NCBI GenBank assembly: GCA_937890785.1
Contig: CALAEC010000080.1
Span: 1 to 40,718 of the forward strand
Source: an uncultured Actinomycetes bacterium
GTDB lineage: Bacteria > Actinomycetota > UBA4738 > CALAEC01
Direction of reading: 5' to 3'
DNA length: 40,718 nucleotides
Part shown: piece by piece, positions 22,237-29,976 of the stretch
Numbering within the stretch: position 1 is the first letter of the stretch
Layout of the letters: each line of letters begins with the position of its first letter
Translations under genes and position numbers: made by a program
Notes under the pieces: generated by a model
Database searches by the model: none
Seen by the model: the letters and a program-made list of their open reading frames with translations, nothing else
Told to the model about the DNA's origin: nothing

Positions 22237-23112
22237 ATGTCCTTGACCTCCATCCGCGTTCGGCTCCTGGCTGTCGTCGTGGCCGCCGCCGTGGCCTTCC
22301 CGCCGCTGGCGTCTCCGGCGGCGGCGGCGAGGGTGCGGCTGGGCGCCTACCGGGGCGTGGCGGCCTGGGTGGACATCTTCGACGACCTCGGGTGGGCCGA
22401 TCCGGAGGGGACCGTGGCGGCCATCGCCGCCACGGGCGCCCGGACGCTGTTCCTGGAGACGTGCAACTACAACTGCAAGAACCACCTGTTCCGCCCCCAG
22501 ATCATGTCCCGCTGGGTGGATGCCGCTCACGCGAACGGCCTGAAGATCGTGGCCTGGTACCTGCCAGACTTCGACAACCTGCATCTCGACCGGAAGCGCT
22601 CGCTGGCGGCGATCCGGTTCCAGAGCGCCACCGGACAGCGCTTCGACTCCTTCGCCCTCGACATCGAGGCCCGCATCGTCAACCCGGTGGAGCGGCGGAA
22701 CACCCGCATCGTGGAGCTGTCGAGGCGGATCCGGAAGGCGGCCGGAGCCCGGTACCCGCTCGGGGCGATCACCCCTCCCTGGTTCTACAACTGGGGCGGG
22801 CCGTTCCCGTACGCGGAGCTGGACCGCTGGTACGACGTGTTCGTGCCGATGATCTACTTCGGCGCCCGGTCCTCGGGTGCCAAGGCGGCCCGACGGGCGC
22901 TGGTTCGCAACGTCGAGCAGATCGTGAACGGCACCGGCGACCCGAGGACCCGGATCCACGCGATCGGCGGCATCGCCGACGAGCTCAACGCGAAGGAGGT
23001 CCGGGCCTTCTCCGCCGCGGCCCGGAACCGCGGAGCCGTCGGCGTGAGCCTGTACGACCACTTCACTTCGGGGCCCGAGGATTACCCGGCCCTGACCGCG
23101 TTCCTGCGCTGA
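22237..23112 (+). CDS. secreted protein of unknown function, paralogue B
   Basis: Sec signal (LLAVVVAAAVAFPPLASPAAAA). Shares with paralogue A: TC(H/N)(F/Y)NC, WYLP, RFDSFALDIEA, LGAITPPWF, YDVF.PM.YF, IH.IGG.A, SLYD.FTSGP. Confidence 0.65.
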   Translation: MSLTSIRVRLLAVVVAAAVAFPPLASPAAAARVRLGAYRGVAAWVDIFDDLGWADPEGTVAAIAATGARTLFLETCNYNCKNHLFRPQIMSRWVDAAHANGLKIVAWYLPDFDNLHLDRKRSLAAIRFQSATGQRFDSFALDIEARIVNPVERRNTRIVELSRRIRKAAGARYPLGAITPPWFYNWGGPFPYAELDRWYDVFVPMIYFGARSSGAKAARRALVRNVEQIVNGTGDPRTRIHAIGGIADELNAKEVRAFSAAARNRGAVGVSLYDHFTSGPEDYPALTAFLR

Positions 23113-23151
23113 CCCTGGCGGCCGCGATGGCCGTCGGACTAGGGTGGATAC

Positions 23152-23544
23152 GTGAGCGAATCCCGTCCGGCCGAGGAGCGCGTTCTCCGGCGCAGCAAGT
23201 CCGACCGGGTGATCGCGGGGGTGTGCGGCGGCCTGGGACGCTACCTCGGCATCGATCCCGTCATGCTCCGGATCGCGTTCGTGCTCCTCGTGGTGACGGG
23301 AGGGTTCGGTGTCCTCCTGTATGTCGTCGCGTGGATCGCCATCCCCGAGCAGGCCGAAGGCGAGGATCTCGGCCCGGCGCCGGAGCCCCGCAGCGACCTG
23401 TGGTGGTTCGTGGGGGTCGGCCTGATCTGCCTCGGCGGGGTACTCCTGATCGACCGTCTGATCCCGTGGTTCGATCGCGTGATCGCCCCGCTGATCCTGG
23501 TGGCGGTGGGGGCGGCCGTGCTGTACCGCGGCACCAAGCGATGA
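23152..23544 (+). CDS. PspC-domain membrane protein
   Basis: LRRSKSDRVIAGVCGGLGRYLGIDPVMLRIAFVLL..LLYVVAWIAIP is the canonical PspC domain, followed by two further TM helices. Confidence 0.85.
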   Translation: MSESRPAEERVLRRSKSDRVIAGVCGGLGRYLGIDPVMLRIAFVLLVVTGGFGVLLYVVAWIAIPEQAEGEDLGPAPEPRSDLWWFVGVGLICLGGVLLIDRLIPWFDRVIAPLILVAVGAAVLYRGTKR

Positions 23545-24158
23545 CCGAGCCGGCAACCCAGCCCGAGCCGCGGCCGCGAGGCTCGCTCGCCGGGATCGCC
23601 CTGGGGGCCCTGCTGATCCTGGCGGGGGGCGCGTGGCTGCTCCACACCCTCGACGTCGTCGAGGTCTCGCCCGATGTGGTCCTTCCCAGCGCCCTGATCG
23701 TCGTGGGGATCGTGCTGATCGCTGCGGCCCGGCGCAGCCGCCAGGGCGGTCTCATCGCCCTCGGCGTGATCTTGACGATCCTGTCGGCGCTCACGGCCTC
23801 GACCGATCTCGCCGGCGGCGTGGGGGATCGCCGGGTCGAGCTGAGCGGTGCCGAGCCGGTCCGGGATCAGGAGCTGGGGATCGGCCAGCTCGTGGTGGAC
23901 CTCTCGGAGCTCGCTCCGGGCGGACCGGTGGCGGTCTCGGCCGAGGTCGGCATCGGCCAGCTCGAGGTGGAGCTGCCGCCGGACCTGCCGGTGCGGGTGC
24001 GGGCCACATCGGGGATCGGGGAGGTTGAAGTGTTCGAGGAGCAGGACGGCGGCTTCGGGTCCGAGGTGGACCACGTCGACGACGGGTTCGAGGGCGCGAC
24101 CGCCTCGCTGGACCTGGAGCTGTCGGTCGGCATCGGGCAGGTCACGGTGACCCGATGA
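23541..24158 (+). CDS. LiaF-like (cell-wall-active antibiotic response) membrane protein
   Basis: ATG 23541 in an ATGA overlap with the pspC-like stop. N-terminal DUF5668-like TM pair, then a C-terminal beta-rich repeat region (GIGQLVVDL, GIGQLEVELP, GIGEVEVF, GIGQVTVT). It lies inside shadow ORF 22392..24158. Confidence 0.7.
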   Translation: MTEPATQPEPRPRGSLAGIALGALLILAGGAWLLHTLDVVEVSPDVVLPSALIVVGIVLIAAARRSRQGGLIALGVILTILSALTASTDLAGGVGDRRVELSGAEPVRDQELGIGQLVVDLSELAPGGPVAVSAEVGIGQLEVELPPDLPVRVRATSGIGEVEVFEEQDGGFGSEVDHVDDGFEGATASLDLELSVGIGQVTVTR

Positions 24159-24328
24159 TCGACCGGATCAATGTCGGCGCCGGGATCTTCTTTCTCCTGG
24201 CCGGGCTGGTGTTCCTCCTCGACGGCCTCGAGGTCGTCTCGGTCGGCACCGTGTGGCTGTGGCCCGTCCTGCTGATCGTCGCCGGTGTGGCACTCGTGCT
24301 GGCAGGACGGAACGGCCGGCGGGCCTAG
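24155..24328 (+). CDS. 57-aa two-TM membrane protein (DUF5668/LiaI-LiaF-TM-like)
   Basis: Below the 60-aa track cutoff. ATGA overlap with the upstream stop. MIDRINVGAGIFFLLAGLVFLLDGLEVVSVGTVWLWPVLLIVAGVALVLAGRNGRRA. High GC3. Confidence 0.6.
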   Translation: MIDRINVGAGIFFLLAGLVFLLDGLEVVSVGTVWLWPVLLIVAGVALVLAGRNGRRA

Positions 24329-24837
24329 CGCTCCGCGGCGAACGGCTCGAACCCGGCCTTGACCAGCAGGGCCCGGGCCTCCCGCTCCTCCATCCCCCGC
24401 CCGACCAGCTCGGCCAGGAGGCGAGCCGGCGCCGTCTGCCGCCCGCACCTCGGGCAGTACGCGAAGTGCGGCTCGATGGGAGCCTCGCACCACGGGCACG
24501 ACCGGACGTCGACGCCCGGCGCGCCGTTCAGCCCGGTGTCGGCGAGCGCGTCGACGTAGCCCTTGGCGTAGTCCCACAGGAGGTAGTCCTCCTCCTTCGG
24601 CTCGAACGCCGGCTCGTGCATGCGCGGCTCGCCGGTCGAGAGCATGTGCTCGAGGCTCTCCTTGAGGAGCTCCCACCCGTAGTAGTGGTCGGATCCGCAG
24701 TCCGGGCAGGCGATCACCACGCCCTTGGTGCCCTGCGGCTCGAACACCCCGCGCATCGCCTCGAGGTCCTCGAGGTCCGCCCGGATGTTCTCGCGCTCCT
24801 CCCCCTCCAGGGGCTCGGGCGATTCCTCGTCGGCCAT
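24325..24837 (-). CDS. conserved actinobacterial Cys-rich protein (DUF5319-like, two zinc-ribbon-like CxxC pairs)
   Basis: Start ATG 24837 (MADEESPEP...), sharing 1 nt with the PIG-L stop. ACPDCGSDHYYGWELLKESLEHML and CPWC...YCPRCG. Confidence 0.7.
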   Translation of the reverse strand: MADEESPEPLEGEERENIRADLEDLEAMRGVFEPQGTKGVVIACPDCGSDHYYGWELLKESLEHMLSTGEPRMHEPAFEPKEEDYLLWDYAKGYVDALADTGLNGAPGVDVRSCPWCEAPIEPHFAYCPRCGRQTAPARLLAELVGRGMEEREARALLVKAGFEPFAAER

Positions 24838-25547
24838 CAGTCCTCCAGCAGGAACGTCCGGAAGGCCTCGGCGTACTCCATGTCCTCGCTCTCTGCGATC
24901 GCCGCGGCCCATTCCCGGATCCGCGCGTCGACGTCGAAGTCACCCATATTGGCGATCTGGGTCGTGTGCGCCTCGAGCGCCTCGATCTTCCGCTCGATCG
25001 TGCTTCCGATATCGACCTTCGTGTCGGCCTCGCGGTGCTCGGTGGAGAGCCACAGCGCGGGCACCGTGAACGGCTCGAACCCCTCCTCGAGGAGCTCGGG
25101 GAACTGCGGGCGCGTCGGTGCGTCGCAGGCCACCACGGCCAGCACTGCCTCGCCGACCGCCCGATGATCGGGGTGGTTGATGTAGGAGCGGCCGGACCAC
25201 AGAAGCGACGGGTCGGGAGCAACGATCACGTCCGGCCGAACCCGGCGCACCTCTCGGGTCACGGCCTTCCGCAGCTCGAGGTCGGGCTGGAGGGTGCCGT
25301 CGACGAAGCCGAGGAACCGGACCTCCTTCACCCCGAGCACGTCCGCGGCGGCCCGGAGCTCGTCGGCCCGGACTGCCGCGATCTCCTCCCGCCCGAGATC
25401 CGGACCGTTCCAGCCGGCCGAGCCGTCGGTGGCGCAGACGTAGTCGACCTCGGTCCCTGCCTCGGTCCACCGCGCGATCGTCCCACCGCACAGGAACTCG
25501 GCGTCGTCGGGATGGGCAAAGACCACCAGGGCCCGTTCGAAGTCCAT
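24837..25547 (-). CDS. PIG-L/LmbE-family N-acetylglucosaminyl deacetylase
   Basis: ALVVFAHPDDAEFLCGGT and NHPDHRAVGEA, the metal-binding motifs of the LmbE fold. Confidence 0.88.
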   Translation of the reverse strand: MDFERALVVFAHPDDAEFLCGGTIARWTEAGTEVDYVCATDGSAGWNGPDLGREEIAAVRADELRAAADVLGVKEVRFLGFVDGTLQPDLELRKAVTREVRRVRPDVIVAPDPSLLWSGRSYINHPDHRAVGEAVLAVVACDAPTRPQFPELLEEGFEPFTVPALWLSTEHREADTKVDIGSTIERKIEALEAHTTQIANMGDFDVDARIREWAAAIAESEDMEYAEAFRTFLLED

Positions 25548-25575
25548 CCCGTCTAGGGTATCGCGCGCCGCAGCG

Positions 25576-26250
25576 TCACCCGCGCTCGTGCTTGATGTCG
25601 GTTCCGCCGAGGACCGTGAGCGCGTCGATCCGAAGCTCGGGACCCTCCCCGCCCTCGGCCTTGTTCTCGATGCCGCCGAGGATCGGCGTGCCGCTGGTGG
25701 TCACCCGCCACCCCCTGGGGACCAGGATCTCCACGCCGCCGAGGATCGCCGTGACGTCCAGGACGGCTCCCTCCGGATGCAGCCGGGCGTTGCGGAGATC
25801 GATGGTCACCCCGCCGAACACGGCGGTGGCCGAGCCGCCCCGGAACGAGCTCGACCGGCTGACGACCTCGTGTCCGCCGAACACCGCCGTCGCCCGGACC
25901 AGGTCCTCAGCCGTTCCTTCCTCCCGGAGCACCTCGGGGCCGCGGCCGTGACGGAACAGGATCGCCACCCCCACGGCGATCAGGAGCGCCGGCCACAGCA
26001 GCGCGAACACCGACCCCGTCACCACGTCGGTGGTGAACAGCAGGAGCACCACGCCGACCCCGATCACGATGCCGGGGCCCAGGAGCGACCGGGGCCGGTC
26101 GAAGAGCTGGACAACCCCCAGCGCCACGATGGCCACGGGCCACCAGTCGCCGATCGCCTCGCCGGCCTCGAGGACGTCCGCCCGGTCGAGCAGGAACACC
26201 ACGCCGAGGGCGATCAGCGCCAGGCCGAACAGCACCCTGCCGGGCTTCAT
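25576..26250 (-). CDS. LiaF-like (cell-wall-active antibiotic response) membrane protein
   Basis: ATG 26250 (MKPGRVLFGLALIALGVVFLLDR...). Four TM helices, then the C-terminal LiaF-type domain (ATAVFGG.E......ATAVFGGVTIDLR...VTAILGGVEILVPRGW). Confidence 0.8.
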   Translation of the reverse strand: MKPGRVLFGLALIALGVVFLLDRADVLEAGEAIGDWWPVAIVALGVVQLFDRPRSLLGPGIVIGVGVVLLLFTTDVVTGSVFALLWPALLIAVGVAILFRHGRGPEVLREEGTAEDLVRATAVFGGHEVVSRSSSFRGGSATAVFGGVTIDLRNARLHPEGAVLDVTAILGGVEILVPRGWRVTTSGTPILGGIENKAEGGEGPELRIDALTVLGGTDIKHERG

Positions 26251-26417
26251 CGCGAGCCCCCGAACCGGAACAGCACCCCGGCGATGGCGAACGACGCCAG
26301 CACCCACGCGCCGAGCAGCAGCAGCTGCGATCCGGCCTCGATGATGGGCAGCCCGGGGAACACCTTGGTCAGGTTCTCCACCTCGACGGCTTGCTGGTCC
26401 GTTGCTGTCGTCGTCAC
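26247..26417 (-). CDS. 56-aa membrane protein, translationally coupled to the LiaF-like gene
   Basis: GTG 26417, 4 nt after GGGAAGGAG. (M)TTTATDQQAVEVENLTKVFPGLPIIEAGSQLLLLGAWVLASFAIAGVLFRFGGSR. ATGA overlap with the downstream start. The track ORF 26247..26483 is probably over-extended. Confidence 0.5.
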   Translation of the reverse strand: MTTTATDQQAVEVENLTKVFPGLPIIEAGSQLLLLGAWVLASFAIAGVLFRFGGSR

Positions 26418-26634
26418 GCCACTCCTTCCCTCGCCACCTGCCGAAGCACCTCGTCGATCCAACTGATAGTGGCCCGAGCCCACACGCCAGCCCCGGTCAT
26501 GCTGTCACAAGGGCCCCAGCCGGTTCATATTCCCGCGAACGCCCCACCGGCGCGAGGCCGAACGCCCCACCCCGGCGATGGCCCGGACTGACTATCCATC
26601 ACCGCCCGGGCGGGGCCGATACACATGGCAGTCG

Positions 26635-28764
26635 ATGGCCACACCCGATCGCGCGGCCCCCGCGCTCAAGCAGGACCATGCCCAGGCGTCCTCGGCCGGG
26701 TTCGCCCCCGGCATCGACCATGCCGACCCGTTCCGCGACGCGTTCGAGCACGCCATCGTGCCCATGGCCCTGATCGCGCCGGACGGGAAGTACCTCCGGG
26801 TCAACCGAGCGCTGTGCGAGCTCACCGGCCGGCCGGCCGAGGCGTTCGTGGGCACGTCGTGGCAGCTGGTCACGCATCCGGTCGACATCGACGTGGTGCT
26901 CGCCCACGAGCGCGCCGCGCTCGATGGCGGGCCCCCCGCGTTCCGTGCGGAGAGCCGTCTGGTCCGGCGGGATGGCGAGGTCGTGTGGACGGTCCAGAGC
27001 CGGGTCCTGACCTCGGATGCGGACGGCGGCCCGCTGTACTTCGTGGCCCAGTTCGAGGACATCACCGAACGAAAGCGGATGGAGGCGGCCTTGCGAGAGC
27101 GTGAGCGGTTCAGCCGCGACGTCCTCGACTCGCTGGTCGCTCCGACCGCCGTGCTGGACGCGGACGGCACCATCGTGGCCGTGAACCGGGCCTGGCGGCG
27201 GTTCGGGGAGCGCGGCGAGGCCGACCCGGGGACGACCGGCCCGGGGGCGAATTATCTGCAGGTGTGCGAGCGCGCCGGGTCGGTGGAGGCGCTGGCGGCC
27301 GCGGAGGGCATCCGGGCCATCCTCGGCGGCAACCGTGACGAGTTCGACATGGATTACCCGTGCCACCCGCCAGGCGCCGAGGGATGGTACAGCCTCCGGG
27401 TCACCCCGCTCTCCGGAGTGGACCACGGCGCCGTCGTGTGCCACATCGATATCAGCGATCGAAAGCGGTCCGAGACGCAGCTGATCGAGCAGGCCGTGGT
27501 CGATCCCCTCACGGGGCTGCCGAACCGGCGATCCTTCGTGGAGCGGTTGACGGAAGCGCAGGCGGGTCCGGCCGGGCGCGACCTGGCGGTGCTCTTCCTG
27601 GATCTCGATCGGTTCAAGGTCGTCAACGACAGCCTGGGGCACCAGTCCGGCGACCGGCTCCTGGCAGCGGTGGGTGCTCGCCTCCAGGAGGCGATCCGTC
27701 CGACCGACCTCGTGGCGAGGTTCGCCGGCGACGAGTTCGCGGTGTTGTGCCGGGGCGTGCGGAGCGAGGCGGAGAGCGTGGCGATCGCGGAGCGGCTCGC
27801 CAACGCTGTTTCGGTGCCGTTCAGCGTGGACGGTGACGACGTCTACGTGACGGCATCCACCGGGATCGCCCTCGCGGCCGAGGGCCTGTCCCCCGAGGAC
27901 CTCCTGCGGGCCGCGGACACCGCGATGTACCGGGCCAAGCGATGGGCCCGGCCGCACCAGGTGTTCGACGAGGCGATGCGGGTGCGGTCGGCTGAGCGCC
28001 TGTCGATGGAGAGCGCGCTGCACCGCGCCCTCGAGCGGGGGGAGTTCCGCCTCCATTACCAGCCGGCCGTCTCGATCCTCGACGGCAGCGTCGTCGGGGT
28101 TGAGGCCCTGCTCCGCTGGGATCATCCCGAGCGCGGCTTGGTCCTTCCCGCCGAGTTCATTCCCGTCGCGGAGGACAGCGGGCTGATCGTTCCCATCGGC
28201 CGGTGGGTCCTCGAGGAGGCGTGCCGCCAGGCGGACCGGTGGCAGCGGTTCGGCCGCGAGACCTGGCTGTCACTGAACCTGTCGGCCCATCAGCTGACCG
28301 CGCCGGGCCTGGTGGAGGAGGTCGAGGCCGCCCTGGACACCACGTCGACCGACGCGGCGCGGCTCCACCTGGAGATCACCGAGAGCGCGCTCATGGCCGA
28401 CACCGAGGGCGCGGCCCGAGTGATCCGGTCCCTGAAGCGGCTGGGGGTCCGGGTGTCGATCGACGACTTCGGCACGGGGTACTCATCGCTTTCGCACCTG
28501 AAGCGACTGGCCGTCGACACGCTCAAGATCGACCGCTCGTTCGTGGACGGGCTCGGCCGGGAGCCCGAGGACACCGCGATCGTCATGGCGGTCCTGGGGA
28601 TGGCCCAGTCACTGGGTCTCTCCGTGGTGGCCGAGGGCGTGGAGACGGAGGAGCAGCTGGCGGCGCTGCGTGATCTGGGGTGCACCACGGCGCAGGGGTT
28701 CCTGTTCGCCCGGCCCCAGCCTCCGGACTCGGTCGGCCGGCTCCTGGCCGGCCGGACGGCCTAG
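26635..28764 (+). CDS. PAS-PAS-GGDEF-EAL c-di-GMP signalling protein
   Basis: Two PAS domains (second after [12 protein letters not shown]). GGDEF domain with AGDEF in place of GGDEF and an RxxD I-site. EAL domain with [22 protein letters not shown] and EGVETEEQ. Start is ATG 26635 or 26578. Confidence 0.9.
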   Translation: MATPDRAAPALKQDHAQASSAGFAPGIDHADPFRDAFEHAIVPMALIAPDGKYLRVNRALCELTGRPAEAFVGTSWQLVTHPVDIDVVLAHERAALDGGPPAFRAESRLVRRDGEVVWTVQSRVLTSDADGGPLYFVAQFEDITERKRMEAALRERERFSRDVLDSLVAPTAVLDADGTIVAVNRAWRRFGERGEADPGTTGPGANYLQVCERAGSVEALAAAEGIRAILGGNRDEFDMDYPCHPPGAEGWYSLRVTPLSGVDHGAVVCHIDISDRKRSETQLIEQAVVDPLTGLPNRRSFVERLTEAQAGPAGRDLAVLFLDLDRFKVVNDSLGHQSGDRLLAAVGARLQEAIRPTDLVARFAGDEFAVLCRGVRSEAESVAIAERLANAVSVPFSVDGDDVYVTASTGIALAAEGLSPEDLLRAADTAMYRAKRWARPHQVFDEAMRVRSAERLSMESALHRALERGEFRLHYQPAVSILDGSVVGVEALLRWDHPERGLVLPAEFIPVAEDSGLIVPIGRWVLEEACRQADRWQRFGRETWLSLNLSAHQLTAPGLVEEVEAALDTTSTDAARLHLEITESALMADTEGAARVIRSLKRLGVRVSIDDFGTGYSSLSHLKRLAVDTLKIDRSFVDGLGREPEDTAIVMAVLGMAQSLGLSVVAEGVETEEQLAALRDLGCTTAQGFLFARPQPPDSVGRLLAGRTA

Positions 28765-29087
28765 GCGTCCTCGAACAGGCGCACCGAGCGCAGGCGGGCC
28801 TCGGTCCGCTCGATCTGGGCGGCTACCCACGCCGGCTCCTGCGGGCCGACCTCGTCCTCCCTCGGGAACAGGAACGTGTTCAGGTGCTCGTCGGAGCCGA
28901 CCTGGAGTCCCATCGAGGCGGCGAACTCGCCGATGGCAAACTCCCAGGTGAACAGGCACGTGCCGTCCTCGCGAACCTGGAGCCAGTAGGTCAGATAGGG
29001 GCCGGTTCGGCGGACGAAGTGCCGAACGCCGCGGCTGTCGCGATCGAAGGTGAATCCGAACCGGGCCAGCGACTCCTCGAACGTCAC
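28761..29087 (-). CDS. hypothetical protein (108 aa)
   Basis: High-GC3 ORF with a GTG start, 15 nt after the upstream gene. No motif recognised. Confidence 0.5.
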   Translation of the reverse strand: MTFEESLARFGFTFDRDSRGVRHFVRRTGPYLTYWLQVREDGTCLFTWEFAIGEFAASMGLQVGSDEHLNTFLFPREDEVGPQEPAWVAAQIERTEARLRSVRLFEDA

Positions 29088-29102
29088 GCCGGAACTGCCC
29101 GA

Positions 29103-29945
29103 TCAGCCCCCGTGACCATGCGCGTTGCCGTTCCCCTTCCCGGGGAGCTCCTGGGCGGGAGGGGCCGAGCCCGCGTCCTTCCCTTTCGCCTTCGGCTGGG
29201 AAGCGGGCTCGCTCCCCTGGCCGTGCTTCGCGTGGCCCTTTCCCTTGCCCTGCCCGGGGCCGTCGCCGTCCATATTCTGATGGCCCTTGCCGTTCTTCTT
29301 CTCGTGGCCGGTGCTCTTGGTCGTGACCCCGCTCTCCTTGGCGACGGAGTCGCCGGGGTCACTGCCCGGCGGCTGGACATCATCGCCGGTCCCGGGCGAC
29401 ACGCCGCTATCCTCCTGGCCACCGCCCCCTTGGTCTCCCTCATCTTGACCGCCGCCGCCCTGGCCACCGCCCTGCTGGAGGTCGGTGGTGTCCGGGGGGG
29501 CCGTCTCGTCCACGGCCGGCGGCACGGCCGCCGTGACCGGCGGCTGAGCCGACGGGCCGGCCGCCGAGCCGCTCTCCGGCGCAGGGCCGGGGAGCACCTG
29601 GACCGGGGAGCCCACCACCTCGCGCACCAGCGGGGTCCGCGCGGGGACCACCGGCGAGCCGGGCAAGCCCCCGCTCCCAATCAGGGCCAGCGCGGCGAGG
29701 GACCCCAGGAGCAGGATCGACAGCAGGGCCGCGATCAGGGCCTGGAGCCTCGCGGTGGTCCCGGCCGGTTGGGAGGCAGCGTTGGACGCGCCGGCACCGG
29801 TGGCCGGCGTCATGCCGGGCTCCGACAAGGTCCCGCCGGGGCCGATCCGCTGCACCCGGAGAGGTTTCGCCTCCCCGAACGGCAGCCGCCCCGCGGGCGA
29901 GGAAGGTCCTTCGGTCCGGCGGAGGTCTCGGTACGGGTCAGTCAC
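29103..29945 (-). CDS. membrane-anchored low-complexity Pro/Gly/Gln- then Lys/Gly/His-rich protein
   Basis: One TM (LQALIAALLSILLLGSLAALALIG). Pro-rich spacer. GGGQGGGGQDEGDQGGGGQ. C-terminal KGKGH/GHG repeats (HEKKNGKGHQNMDGDGPGQGKGKGHAKHGQG...GNAHGHGG). Start is uncertain (GTG 29945 or an internal ATG). Confidence 0.55.
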   Translation of the reverse strand: MTDPYRDLRRTEGPSSPAGRLPFGEAKPLRVQRIGPGGTLSEPGMTPATGAGASNAASQPAGTTARLQALIAALLSILLLGSLAALALIGSGGLPGSPVVPARTPLVREVVGSPVQVLPGPAPESGSAAGPSAQPPVTAAVPPAVDETAPPDTTDLQQGGGQGGGGQDEGDQGGGGQEDSGVSPGTGDDVQPPGSDPGDSVAKESGVTTKSTGHEKKNGKGHQNMDGDGPGQGKGKGHAKHGQGSEPASQPKAKGKDAGSAPPAQELPGKGNGNAHGHGG

Positions 29946-29976
29946 CGATCACGCCGCCTAATCGCATCGAGAGACT

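Noticed and set aside
22194-23151. Short GC palindromes after the tandem secreted genes (CGGGCCCG at about 22220, CGGCC-gcgat-GGCCG at about 23120), considered as terminators.
   Set aside because: The stems are only 4-5 bp with no U-tract, which is indistinguishable from background in this GC content.
29400-29470. Nucleotide-level tandem repeat underlying the GGGQGGGGQDEGDQGGGGQ segment.
   Set aside because: The repeat units are short and imperfect at the DNA level. It is better described as a low-complexity coding region than as a discrete tandem-repeat element.
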